Of a stretch of 64,000 bases of DNA, positions 48,670 to 59,995 are shown piece by piece. The translations under genes and the position numbers were made by a program. The notes under the pieces are model-generated. The model was not told where the DNA came from and made no database searches. It saw nothing but the letters and a program-made list of their open reading frames with translations. Each line of letters opens with the position of its first letter. Position 1 is the stretch's first letter. The DNA is taken from positions 868,001 through 932,000 of the forward strand of contig JBNJNM010000011.1 of assembly GCA_052426225.1 (NCBI GenBank). The letters run 5' to 3'. Origin of the DNA: Zancudomyces culisetae HAW-14-8. Taxonomy: Eukaryota; Fungi; Kickxellomycota.

Positions 48670-50745
48670 ATGGCAATAAATAAGCTGAATTTTGTAAATT
48701 TGTATAAACAACAGGGTTCAAAAAGATCCAAGGCATCCGAATCTGGGGAAACACAAAACGAAAAACAGTCGAATACATCCAAAAACTCATCTAATCTTCC
48801 GACCAGGACAGAAGATAGTATTAAAGCTACAGATGACAGGGAAGATGCACAAAGGGGATCAGTTGGAACTGTTAACGAAGAGCTCGCAAACAAAATCAAG
48901 AGCAGCCTTATGGGCAGCGGGGTCCTACATGGCCATTACAAGACCGTCACGGCGATTGATTGGGAGGATTCTGGTGCTAGGATGATTACGGGAGGGTATG
49001 ATTACAAGGTGAAGTTGTGGAATTTCGGAGGGATGGATTCTAGGTTACAATCGTTTAGAGAAATCGAAGCTGCTGAGGGATATCAGGTAAGTGTAACAAT
49101 GTATTTATATATGTAATGTATATATAGGTAAAAAAAACATCAGTTTGCTTTTTTTATTTTATATGATTTTATTGAAACAAGCGCGTTAATATAAATACTA
49201 AATCATGTATAAAACCTTATTAAACTAGATAAATGATTTAAAGTTCAGTTTAACTGGAGAAATGTTTTTAGCAGCCACGACTTCACCACAAGCTCGATTA
49301 TTTGATCGAAATGGAATAATGCTGTAAGTTGCAAATGTTATTTTTATTGTTATTTAGTTATTGAGTAAAACGCAAATGAGATTGAAATAATAATGGCGGA
49401 ACGTATAAACTAAAATAGACAAGAATACAAGAGGGGCGACATGTACCTAAAGGATATGAGGCACACGAATGGGCACGTATCATCTTTAACAAGTTGTTTA
49501 TGGGATCCTAGTGACAAAAACAAGTTTATAACGGCAGCTACAGATGCGACTATACGGGTGTGGGATGTAGAAAGTCCTTTGAAGCAGCAAGAAGTGGTGG
49601 TTGTGAGAGGAGCGGGTAAATCTAAGGGCAACAGGAAATTATCGGTGACGGCAATGGGCTATCCAATGGAACAGGATAGAGGAAAATATTTGGTATCTGG
49701 CCACGATGATGGAAGTATATCCATATGGTCGACATTGACGACAAATAAAGTGAGAGCGGATATAAATATAGATCATGCGCATACTTATGGATCAGAAATA
49801 ACATCAGTTGTAGTTCATAGAGACGGAAATAGAATATATAGTCGCAGCAACGATTCTACAATCAAGTTGTGGGACATTAGAAAACTAAAAAACAATGGAC
49901 TTGGTGGTGGTGGGTGTGGCGCAGTATCGGTAGTTGATGGAGGAGTAGTATCAACATATCCACAAACCAGCATTAGTTTATCACCGAATGGAAATAAAGT
50001 ACTGGTAGCCACTAATGATGGAGTTGTACCTGAACTAGTGTTCTTTGACTCGGCAGATTTAACCGAGTTGTATAGAAAACGAATAGAAATAGATGGGAAT
50101 AGGAGCGGTGAACAATACAGAGAAACAGGTGCGAATAAATCTAAGGTTAGCCTTGTTAAGGTATTTTGGCACAAAAAAATTGAGCAGTTAGCAGTGACCA
50201 ACTCGCTAGGAAATACACAAATATTTTACAATGACAATAAAAATTCCAATGACACAGCAGTGGTAAAAAATAAAGGAATAATACAATGTATCAACAAAAA
50301 AGCGAGCACTATCAAGGATTCTAGTAAAGGTTCTGCAACTGATGGTGGTGACTATGGAGTTGTTGGCAAAATAATCACACCACATGCGCTACCAATGTTT
50401 AAAGAGGAGTCAGCGTCGGTATCGCAGTCCGCAAGACTAAGGAAAATGGCCAAGATCCGCAAAAATCCAGTGCTATCAGCTAAACCCGAACCACCTGTAA
50501 ATGCTGGTCGTCAAGGCAAGGGAGGAATGATCGGAACAAGCGAAACGCAGTATATTATGCGATCCATCATGAAAGATACCTCGCGAGACGAAGACCCTCG
50601 TGCAGCTCTCCTCAAACATGCAGCTGAGGCAGAGGCCAATCCGTACTTTATTGCGCCAGCATACCAAAAGAACCAACCCAAACCAGTATTCAATGAAGAG
50701 CCAATTGATGAAAATGTTGAGCCACAGCTCAAAAGAAGGAAATAA
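48670..50745 (+). CDS. WDR70: WD repeat protein WDR70 (gad-1 homolog), 3 exons
   Basis: Exons 48670-49086, 49229-49323 and 49419-50745. Motifs WNFGGMD...SFR, GDMYLKDMRHTNGHV, IITPHALPMFK, EDPRAALLKHA..A..NP.FIAPAY..QPK. Confidence 0.92.
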
Positions 50746-50757
50746 AAGGCATGCCTG

Positions 50758-52863
50758 TTAATACGACAAGGTTACTGACGAAGATGAAGATGGCGAGTCA
50801 GTCAACTTCTTGTTAGTACCAATGGCTTTGCTTACATCTATACTTAGCCCTTCTTCTTCATGAATGTGTCTATGCTTAGCCGGCTCATCTTTGTCTTTCT
50901 TGGGTGGTTTTTGTTGTCTCTCGAATAAAACTGATGGTAGCTTGCCACCATGGGTGGTTTTTGTTGGCGTCCACCATTGCCGTATCTCATGAACACTCCC
51001 GCTTCTTTTTCTGCCCTCGCCGCTACCTCTAGGTGTTCTCACCTCGCCCTCTGATAACTCTTCCTTTCCGGTTGGATCCAAACTGGCCTTGATTTGTATT
51101 AGATGGCGATATGCCGAGGTCGCCAATATTGGCTGTTCGTCTTCAAAATCGTGTAGTTGGTCAGCCTCAATTTGCGGCACCTGTATTGTTAATCCCAGTG
51201 TTTCAATATTTGTATTTCTTTTGTCGGACTTTTTGGGGTGAACATTTCCTAGAACTGCTTCATCTTTTGGAATTATGTCGTTTACTCGAGTTTCAGTAAA
51301 TCTAGAAATAGACTCTTTTTTGTGACTTTCATTCCATTTCATATCTTCAAGTTTTGGAAAATAAATACCACCACCACTATCACCACTTCCGTTACTACTA
51401 CCACTCAGCATCCCTTCATACACCGATATTGTCGATAGCCTTTTATACCCCATAGCTCCCCGGTCAACCACACCTCCACGCCCACTTAAAACCCTCCGTG
51501 GCCTGACCAGTGGATATTGGTAATCATCATCCCCGTATCTTTCAGGCTCCAACGTCACTGGACTATTAACCACTACAGGTCTCGATGTGCTGTACCTCCG
51601 CCCTCTCACTGGTGCAAACCCTTTAATCCCCCCTTTTTCCTCCTCTTGCGTCTTACCCTTATAGTCTCTATAGTCGCCCAACGGGCTGGCTGCCCTCCCA
51701 ATCAACCCCCACTTGAATTGAGTATGTGCGGCCAACCCAAGAGTCTTGCCATCAACTTCTGCCTTCTCTTCATATGCTCGTTCCCCTTTTCTTTCACTCT
51801 CCTCCCTCCTATCAAACTCTATGTTTTCCTCTAACTCATTTTCATCTTCGTCTACTTTCTTCTCTATTTTCTTTACATACTCGCCCATAGTTTTATGTTT
51901 TCGCATTTCTTCCTTTTCTTTCGATCCCACTCCCTTGTACCGACGTGCCGTCATCGACTCCACCAGCCTTCCGTACCTCTTCTGTCCCTCAGTATCACCT
52001 TCCATAAGCTGCAGTCGCTTCGGTAGCATCTTTTCCAGCCTTTCCATACTTTCAAATATACCATTCATCGCTTCATAGCTTTCTTCTGCTACTCGCCCTA
52101 TGCTTTTCAGCCGATAACTCAACTCCATCTCCATCCGCACCTGCTTGTTGATCTTTTCTGCACGTTTACGGCTCTCTTCCATTTGTTTCTCCACTTTTCG
52201 TATTTCATTAACCAGTTCTTCTTGCTTTTCGCACACTTTCATACTACTTTGTACCACTAATTCTTTACTCTTTTTACAGATTTCATAAAGCACCTCACTG
52301 CTCTCGTCTTGTACTCGCTCACGTTCGCTTCCTTTACCTTTCCAACCACTCTTATCATTTCTATGATTTCTATTTACATATCCTCCGCCCAATCCAGTCG
52401 CCCCAAAAAATATTCGCTCTGAAAAACTCATTTTGCCTTGCCGTGGCAATATTGGCTGTATATCCAACCTCCTGAGCCTTTCATCGTCCCTCTCCTCCCT
52501 CCACTTAATCTCCCCCTCTTCACACTTTTGGTCTTTTGAAGCTTGATTGCTTTTTACTGTCGAAATCGTTATTATCTCATCCTCTCCTCTCACAAGCATC
52601 CTATTTTCGTACATGCTATGTGGTCTCTTTTTTTTTACATCTTTTATTGTATCTTCTGTTCGCACACCAATCTCACTCTTGTTATCGCTTTGTTCAATAT
52701 CTGTATCTCCGTCAAATTGCGTATATTTTGCACCTTCTGCTATATTCTTGTTGCAAGTATTTGCCTTTTTTATTCTTTCATTATTACTTTCCTGAATACT
52801 CGCTAATTTCTGCGAGCTTTTGTGTTTAGTTTCTACTTTTACTCTCGAAAGTTCATTTCCCAT
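50758..52863 (-). CDS. BORC subunit 5 (BORCS5/myrlysin)-like protein with a long disordered C-terminal extension
   Basis: MGNELS myristoylation signal, IQPILP motif, and a coiled coil VCEKQEELVNEIRKVE...MERLEKMLP..LQL resembling the BORCS5 core. Confidence 0.6.
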   Translation of the reverse strand: MGNELSRVKVETKHKSSQKLASIQESNNERIKKANTCNKNIAEGAKYTQFDGDTDIEQSDNKSEIGVRTEDTIKDVKKKRPHSMYENRMLVRGEDEIITISTVKSNQASKDQKCEEGEIKWREERDDERLRRLDIQPILPRQGKMSFSERIFFGATGLGGGYVNRNHRNDKSGWKGKGSERERVQDESSEVLYEICKKSKELVVQSSMKVCEKQEELVNEIRKVEKQMEESRKRAEKINKQVRMEMELSYRLKSIGRVAEESYEAMNGIFESMERLEKMLPKRLQLMEGDTEGQKRYGRLVESMTARRYKGVGSKEKEEMRKHKTMGEYVKKIEKKVDEDENELEENIEFDRREESERKGERAYEEKAEVDGKTLGLAAHTQFKWGLIGRAASPLGDYRDYKGKTQEEEKGGIKGFAPVRGRRYSTSRPVVVNSPVTLEPERYGDDDYQYPLVRPRRVLSGRGGVVDRGAMGYKRLSTISVYEGMLSGSSNGSGDSGGGIYFPKLEDMKWNESHKKESISRFTETRVNDIIPKDEAVLGNVHPKKSDKRNTNIETLGLTIQVPQIEADQLHDFEDEQPILATSAYRHLIQIKASLDPTGKEELSEGEVRTPRGSGEGRKRSGSVHEIRQWWTPTKTTHGGKLPSVLFERQQKPPKKDKDEPAKHRHIHEEEGLSIDVSKAIGTNKKLTDSPSSSSSVTLSY

Positions 52864-54569
52864 ATTTGCATCTTTTCTTGGTCGTTTATTTGAATGTGAT
52901 TACTTCTCTTTATTGTCCGATTCTCCCGCGATATTTATATTTTTTATATCACCTTTTATTTTTAGTCCTCAGTTTTTGTTGCTGTATGCTTATCATTCAC
53001 CTTTATTTTATATACAATTATTGCGCGTAAAAGTATTTATGTGTTATTCGTCTTTTCATGTCTATCGTCTCTGCTCGTCTTTCCTTAATCTACATTTGCT
53101 CAGTTCGTATCTACTATTTGTATTATTTTCATTGAACTTCTCAATCCCATAGGCAGCCTTTTGTGTTTATCCAAATACCATTTACCACAATTACCCCTTA
53201 TGTTTTCATTTGTGCTTTATTCTTTTCTTTTATCAAATTTTCTCCTCCTTTACTTAATGTCTAACATTTTGTTATTTACTTTGGTAATCCAGTTTCAAAA
53301 AAAAAAATTTTATGTGTGGGTGATTGTTTTTAATAAACTTTGCACTAATTTACTGTTTATTCATTCCCATTTCAGTTATTAATGCACGATAATTTATTTA
53401 AAGTTTGATAATCCCTTTTGGCAAATGATTTTCATGCGTCTTTTGACAAAGAAAACAATACATAAATTATGTTCATGTGTTTACTTTTTTTGGGGATTTA
53501 CGTATAATTCTCATTTTGGCCATCTATTTTCTGTTTTTTGTCCTTGCAGTTGCATTCTAGCTTTTGTTTATATTTTTTATTTATCACCTCGAATCTCCGC
53601 TATTTCTGCCTTTTCTGCCTTTTCTGCCTTTTCTTGTTATTCTCTTTGAATAGCGGCTATACTGGGTCAATAATGCATTGAAAAGGGAAATGGAATGGCC
53701 AATCTTGTTTATCTCTTCAGACTTACGTCATTTCGAACGAAGCATTCACAATACTACCACCACAGCTCCCTTAATACCTTTTCTCCCTCAATTTAAAAAT
53801 GCCTTAGCAAAACTTTTCATATCAAGATCGAATAGGTTATTATTCATGGTACACTTATCCTCCGTGTCTTTATCCACTTTCCTCTGCATGGTATATCCAC
53901 ACGTGTGTGTTATATCAATGATTTACACGTGTTTGGACCTTTTGCTTTTGTTTTCCTTTGTATAAAATTTTCGCTATCTAACCACATGACACTCACACCT
54001 TTGTGTGTGAAATATCCACCTTCACTTCAACAATCCAATTCTTTTTATTATCCTCATTTCATTAGCCTTATATCTCAACTCATTCTTTATACCTAGAATA
54101 TTCTCGATGCAACACGATGGGTAAATATACAATCTAACCAGGTTCTTGTACCTCTCCTATTCCTAAAAAAAGAAATACACAGACCAAAACAAAGACAGTA
54201 GTTAAATAACTACAATCTCTGAACCCACAGATTTTGAACCCGCCTCTTTGTTTTTTTACACATCCCCAGTCCAGTCCGGTCCAATCCGGTCTAATCCCAA
54301 CCCAGTTCACTGGTTTGATTGCTTGTACGCCTCAGCGGCTCTTTTTGAACCTCACCTCCTCCCTCCCTCCCACCGTCTCTTGCTAGATGCCACAAAATAT
54401 TTTTATATATAAATGTTTACATTCATTAATTTGGTCTACATCTATATCAACTAATATTCCAAAAAAAAACTTGAAAAAAGTAATAGCACATAACACAATG
54501 TTAGCAGGTGAGAGCAAAATAGTAGTATAGTAGATACATTGTTGAGCTTTTACAGATAATTTTAGTAAC

Positions 54570-55835
54570 TCAAAAGTACTTTTTTTCATATCTTATTCCC
54601 ATATTCTCCTTGGGCCTAACTCCTATTTTCCGGAGTTTCTCTGCTTTCACTCTCTCTTGTTGGACTCTGTTTAGCTCCTCCAGTTGCATTCGGGACATGG
54701 AGTACGTATTCTCTGAACCTGCTGATGCACTGGGCTTATTTAGGTGCTTTTTATCACTTAGCCACAGCAACTCCATCTCATCACCAGGAATCACATCCTT
54801 TTTTACTTTTTTCTTTTTCTTAGCCTCTTTGGATGCCCATTTTTCGATATCATAATACTTTTCATGTGGTAAAGTACATGTGTTATAGTCTTCAATAAAT
54901 GTCCTGAAATACTTTTTAGTTTCAAATTGCGGTAATTCCTCAAAATGCAACCCTTTAACATCAATCAACCAGGCTATAAACTCCTGTTCCTTGGTGTATA
55001 TGTCTGTTTCGAAAAGTACGCCATGCGCCCCAAACTCTAGCTTCTTTCTACTCTCTCTGTGTCTTTTTTTTCCCTCCTCTTTTTTCTGCTTTTTATGTTC
55101 CTTTTTCTTTTTGTGTCGTCTTTTTCTTTCCCGGTCAGACTCGGAGCTAGAGCTATGGTCTGTGGTTGAGCTATTGCTCGAGGACTCTGTGCTGGCTTCT
55201 CTTCTTTTCCTTAACTTTTTTTCTAAAGAACCAATATGTGAGCTGCTAGTAGTTCGTGTTTTCGATGCTGAATTATCACCTCCAGCTCGAGTAATATCCT
55301 TAATTTTGCCTCTGTCTTGTTCTCTGCTTCTATCTCTGCTTCTATCTCTGCTTCTATCTCTACTTCTGTCTCGTTTTCGTTCTCTGTCTCTACACCTATC
55401 TCTATTTCTGTCACGTTCTTTGTATCTATCTCTACTTCTGCTTCTATCCCTATCTCTACCCCTACCTCTACTTCTGCTTCTATCCCTATCTCTACCCCTA
55501 CCTCTACTTCTGCTTCTATCCCTATCTCTACCCCTACCTCTACTTCTGCTTCTATCCCTATCTCTACCTCTACCTCTACCTCTACTTTTGCTTCTATCTC
55601 TATCCCTATCCCTATCTCTATCCCTATCTCTACTCCTACTTCTTGAATATCTCTCTCGTCTCCTTGTACACTCCTCACCTCTTCGAGATCTATACTCTCT
55701 ATTTTCTGCATTTATTTCAGTTTTCTGATTAGTGTCATCTGATCCTCCTTTTAAAATGACATTCTCTTCAGCTCTATATTGTTGCGATTCCTGCTGCTCT
55801 GCAGCTTCGTTTGTCTTATTTACACCTCTATCCAT
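54570..55835 (-). CDS. RS/RD-repeat nuclear protein with a conserved C-terminal domain (putatively splicing-related)
   Basis: RS/RD dipeptide tract and Lys-rich block, then globular FGAHGVL.ETDIY.KEQEFIAWL..VK...FIEDYNTCTLPHEKYYDIEKW, ending MGIRYE. Confidence 0.8.
   Translation of the reverse strand: MDRGVNKTNEAAEQQESQQYRAEENVILKGGSDDTNQKTEINAENREYRSRRGEECTRRRERYSRSRSRDRDRDRDRDRDRSKSRGRGRGRDRDRSRSRGRGRDRDRSRSRGRGRDRDRSRSRGRGRDRDRSRSRDRYKERDRNRDRCRDRERKRDRSRDRSRDRSRDRSREQDRGKIKDITRAGGDNSASKTRTTSSSHIGSLEKKLRKRREASTESSSNSSTTDHSSSSESDRERKRRHKKKKEHKKQKKEEGKKRHRESRKKLEFGAHGVLFETDIYTKEQEFIAWLIDVKGLHFEELPQFETKKYFRTFIEDYNTCTLPHEKYYDIEKWASKEAKKKKKVKKDVIPGDEMELLWLSDKKHLNKPSASAGSENTYSMSRMQLEELNRVQQERVKAEKLRKIGVRPKENMGIRYEKKYF
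55431..55574. repeat. 36-bp coding tandem repeat x4 (GRGRDRDRSRSR)
   Basis: Unit tctacttctgcttctatccctatctctacccctacc: three perfect copies plus one with a single mismatch. A 12-bp unit x3 lies at 55321-55356. Confidence 0.92.
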
Positions 55836-56902
55836 CCTCGCTGCGCTTCGCTGTATGTATCCACTCGTAAATGATCGCTGAGTATCTTCAAGGCCACACT
55901 CTGGATATCTTTACCCCTCTGTTCACAGATTTTGTTATTTGTTCAAAAAGTTCAAAATTAATTTGAGCATGGAATCCAGAGGTTGAAGATTTTTTTCCGG
56001 GTATTTTTTTTTTGATTTTCACAAATTAGCCGAAAAAAAGAGCAGCAGTAAAATAAAAAGAACAGCTATATGACAATTGCGCTCCACACAGGGGTTGCTG
56101 ACAGTGCCAACCTAAATATTCCTTTTTTTTATGTTTAGAGTTCATTGACGCTAAAGCCCTTGTAGAAAGATGCATGGTATTACGCCTCACATGTAAAAAT
56201 ACTTTTTTTTACTTGCCGCAACGCAAGTACATACTAACTACCTATGGGAGTATTATCGGTATATAAGTTATATCGGTTTTTCTACAAAATCATGTTTTTC
56301 ACTTTAAATAAGTTGTTGAGGTGTCGAAGGTTTTAATTTCAGTATGTCCTTTGCTTGTTGTCTCCAGATTTCCAAAAATTATATAGTCACAATTAACCAT
56401 GGAACGCGAATTTCGCCAAAAATTACTGACAAAAATACCCCAGCATTCATTTGCTGATGTTGTTTTGGCGAATTTCATTTTCGCTTAGATCTCATCCATT
56501 TTCATAGCCGTGTTAGCTCAATGGAAAAAGTGGTCCTCAAACACAAGCAAGTTGCAATTCAAGAGAAAGAAAAACTGTGAATTTCGTTATGGTATAAACA
56601 AAACGAATCTCGAAATACACAAATCAAATTCCAAGCCCTAAATCACAAAGCAAAAGTTGATGCAACTGGTTTTTTTTCCAAGTTTACAAAAATAAATAAA
56701 ATAAAATAAAATAAACGATATTAAAATTAAGGTCTAAGAATAAACATATAGCAAATACAATCAGACTTTTAATCATCACACTCCGACCCTTGATCTTGCT
56801 CGTTTTCCTACAGAGATCCAGTCTAGTTTTTTTTGGTAACCATCGACTAGCGCCTAAATGCGCAATATCAAACAAACAAAAAAAGCGAATAAGGAATAAA
56901 AC

Positions 56903-59900
56903 ATGAGAGCAAAGACAGGGTTGTCTGAAATCGATTGGAACACCTTGGCAAGGTTTGATGATCTTTTTTGTGAATTGCTAATAGATTCAATTGGGCTATG
57001 GTTTAAAACACGAAAATTCTTCAATAAAAGAAGCGCAATGCGCATTTCTCAGAATGAAATACTGCAAGTGGTGAGAAGCCTTGCGAAAGGAGAGAAAGGA
57101 TTGAGCGATACGATAATTGAATTCAAAGGCATAGAATCTGTGGACAAAGCACTTCAAATCCTTGGAAAGAAGCAATTAAAGGAAATTATCAGACAAGCTG
57201 AGTTGTATTTTTCAATGTACCTCCCTGAAGCAGGGTACGAAATCTCTGAAAGTAACAGATATGAAGTGGTTAGTGGGCATGTTGAGGGCTGTGTACTAGC
57301 AACCAAGGATTATGAAACTTATCAGCTAATAAATTATTGCACAGGAACAATGACAAAGCTTGAAGAGGGCGATATTTGCAAACTGGAAAATAGCAAATCG
57401 GATTTCAGCGTTATGTGGTGGGGAAAGAAAAAAAGTATGTGCCTGCTTTTAGGACCAGCTAGATTTGTAAATCATGATTGCAATCCTAACTGTAAATTCA
57501 TCACATTTAACAACGGGTTAATTGGATTTCAGGCTGTTAGGAAGATCAATGTGGGTGAAGAAATCACCGCAAGCTATGGGAAAGACTATTTTGGTGTAGG
57601 GAACTGCGAGTGTTTATGTCAGACTTGTGAGATTTATGGTAAGGGGTATTATAGCACCCAGGCTACAGGTGAGTTGGACGGGAATGAAGTTTCAGATGGC
57701 GTTCAAAACCATACTAATAACACACAGAGAAGAACAAATAGAAGACGAGCTGAGGCTCATTTTTCTGCAGCTGAAAATGATAAACAGCAATACGGGAAGT
57801 TATGTGAAAATTGCAAAGTTCATATTTCATCAGTAAGCACAAACGAAAACCCCAGCGAATGTGTAAAATGCAAGAGGCACAAGATGTTATTCGGATTTGA
57901 TTGGCCTTTTAGAACAGAGATGGAGTATTCCAGACAACTTAATAAGGTAGGCCTGGGTAGCAATGGTGCCAATAAAAAAAGAAAAGAAACTACTCCACCC
58001 AATCCAGTTTCCGTCCTTAAGAGAATCAAAATGCTGGAGGCTTTCAAGTGCTGTACACGAATAACTCCCAAGAAAGGATGTATATACGAAATTCTCGAAT
58101 CAACCGATGATGAAAAAAGTGATTTTATTACTGAAAACTCCTTGTTTAAACTTGAACACACCAGTGAATTTTTGAACGGCACAGATAACAGCAATACTGC
58201 CGAAAGACCACAACAGGAGAGCAATGGGACAATTAGCATGTGTCTAAATACACTTGGCAACGGCATTGAAAATATAAATAATAACGCCAACATTAATCTA
58301 GATACGATAGAACAGGAAACCCCGGCCAACGTCCCAAACGAAGATTCAGATACACATGTAGAGATAAATATGGATATGGCTACAACTCTGTGCATCAACC
58401 CATTTCCGATGCCAAATGGAAATGTAGACGCAACTTCAAGTGAGAATCAAAATTATCTAGGTACAGAAGAGAAAGAAAAGCAAACCTCTGATGCACCTGT
58501 TCATAACATGTCTGAAATGATAACCGATGAGGCCACTAGTCTTCCGGGTGATTCAAATGCCAATATTAACCCAAAGATACGAGCTGATCGTATAAGCCAC
58601 GTGGAAATCGCACTAGTTAAAAAACATAAAAGCAAGCGGATTGTCTCTAATCCCGAGGAAATGTTCAGAATGAAAAGCGTTGGGGCGTTGGTACTGGCCA
58701 CGCGTATACGGCAGAACGATGAATCTACCACAACGAATACATCTTTGCATTATTATCCTGGTGTTATTGTCGATAGCACAGATATAGAGAGCATCAAGGT
58801 TAAAAGCTTTGAAGACGAGAGTATTTCCACCCACAGCGCATCGGGACTGTTTTGTTTTATTCCAAATACTGTTGGAACATGTGAAGTGAATGATGAAATT
58901 GGGCACACGGTTAGCCGCCATGAGGATGAGCTGCTAGCAAATATAGAATGCACAGAGGTAGAGGGCGTGCTCAATAGCGAACATCCACTGGGGAACGTAC
59001 ACAAAAATAAGGCAGTGGACGGTAACATGAAAGTATTCAAGTACGATGTAATAAATGATATGTCATTTAGGCGTGCAGTCTGCTACTTTGAATGGAGAAT
59101 ATTGGCGCTATATGGTCGGTATTATAGGTTCGAACATAATAAAAAAGTTACAAGTAAAATCAGGGACAGTCTTAACAAAAACCGATCCCAAAGATCGAAG
59201 CTTTCTACAGGTGATGGTGGCAACTGTTTGAAAGGCTTGGGTTGTGCACGATGTGATAACTGTGTTAGAGAGTGGCGAAGGATAAAGTATTTAATTCCTG
59301 GTATAAATGAACTGTCAAGCTTGTATTACATATTTACCAATGCTGGAAACCATAAAAAGAAGCCGCCAGTAAATAGTAAAGATAAGACTAAAAAATCCAG
59401 AAGGTATCCAAACCATGTTGTATCTGGAGCTGGAGCCGGACTGGGCTCTGGTATTGAGTTTAGCCTAAACCCTTATTCTGAATCAAGTTCCGATTCTGAA
59501 CCCGATTTATCGTCCAAATCTAATGGACTTAGAGGAACGTCCAACAATGAAAAGAACAACCCTCCAAGGTTTAAGCCAAACCTACTATTATCACTACCAA
59601 GGTTGGGTTTGGATTCCTTTTTTCTATATCTGTCTGAACCGACTACCACCGATGTCCCGTTGAATGGTCAAACATCCAACCAAGAAAACTCCGGGAAAAT
59701 AAACAGTGGTAGTGAACATGCTGGCTCCTCCGGCTGCAGTAATGGCTGTAGTGGCGAACATGAAAAGAGAGTTGCTCGACATTTCTGGAAATTCATTAAG
59801 CCTTACCTACTAAATATCGGAGACCGGGTACACGTTGTTGACTCGAGGGATTTTAAGCTCTACAAGGCAAAAATTGAAGACATTGAGTTTCTCTGTAACG

Positions 59901-59995
59901 AAAACAAGTGGGGATTGCATTACTACGTTCATTTTCTCGGTTGGTCTGCTGGTTTTGACCAGTGGGTTCCGCCTTCATGTATAGTTCTATCATGA
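56903..59995 (+). CDS. SET9: histone H4K20 methyltransferase Set9/KMT5 with a C-terminal chromo-barrel (Tudor-knot) domain
   Basis: LARFDDLFCELLID, DFSVM, LLGPARFVNHDCNPNC, GEEITASYGKDYFG..NCECLCQTCE, CVKCKRH..LFGFDWP, and C-terminal YKAKI...YYVHFLGWSAGFDQWVP. Confidence 0.93.
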   Translation: MRAKTGLSEIDWNTLARFDDLFCELLIDSIGLWFKTRKFFNKRSAMRISQNEILQVVRSLAKGEKGLSDTIIEFKGIESVDKALQILGKKQLKEIIRQAELYFSMYLPEAGYEISESNRYEVVSGHVEGCVLATKDYETYQLINYCTGTMTKLEEGDICKLENSKSDFSVMWWGKKKSMCLLLGPARFVNHDCNPNCKFITFNNGLIGFQAVRKINVGEEITASYGKDYFGVGNCECLCQTCEIYGKGYYSTQATGELDGNEVSDGVQNHTNNTQRRTNRRRAEAHFSAAENDKQQYGKLCENCKVHISSVSTNENPSECVKCKRHKMLFGFDWPFRTEMEYSRQLNKVGLGSNGANKKRKETTPPNPVSVLKRIKMLEAFKCCTRITPKKGCIYEILESTDDEKSDFITENSLFKLEHTSEFLNGTDNSNTAERPQQESNGTISMCLNTLGNGIENINNNANINLDTIEQETPANVPNEDSDTHVEINMDMATTLCINPFPMPNGNVDATSSENQNYLGTEEKEKQTSDAPVHNMSEMITDEATSLPGDSNANINPKIRADRISHVEIALVKKHKSKRIVSNPEEMFRMKSVGALVLATRIRQNDESTTTNTSLHYYPGVIVDSTDIESIKVKSFEDESISTHSASGLFCFIPNTVGTCEVNDEIGHTVSRHEDELLANIECTEVEGVLNSEHPLGNVHKNKAVDGNMKVFKYDVINDMSFRRAVCYFEWRILALYGRYYRFEHNKKVTSKIRDSLNKNRSQRSKLSTGDGGNCLKGLGCARCDNCVREWRRIKYLIPGINELSSLYYIFTNAGNHKKKPPVNSKDKTKKSRRYPNHVVSGAGAGLGSGIEFSLNPYSESSSDSEPDLSSKSNGLRGTSNNEKNNPPRFKPNLLLSLPRLGLDSFFLYLSEPTTTDVPLNGQTSNQENSGKINSGSEHAGSSGCSNGCSGEHEKRVARHFWKFIKPYLLNIGDRVHVVDSRDFKLYKAKIEDIEFLCNENKWGLHYYVHFLGWSAGFDQWVPPSCIVLS

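Noticed and set aside
6850-49418. Minor (U12-type) introns
   Set aside because: All inferred introns have U2-type donors (GTAAGT, GTATGT, GTACGT, GTTTGT and similar); none has RTATCCT.
54991-55728. Poly-LS, EIG/EV and STP ORFs in three alternative frames
   Set aside because: By-products of the stop-free RS-domain repeat.
56507-56565. tRNA-like 5' end GCCGTGTTAGCTCAATGG
   Set aside because: No complementary D-stem 3' side, T-arm or acceptor stem.
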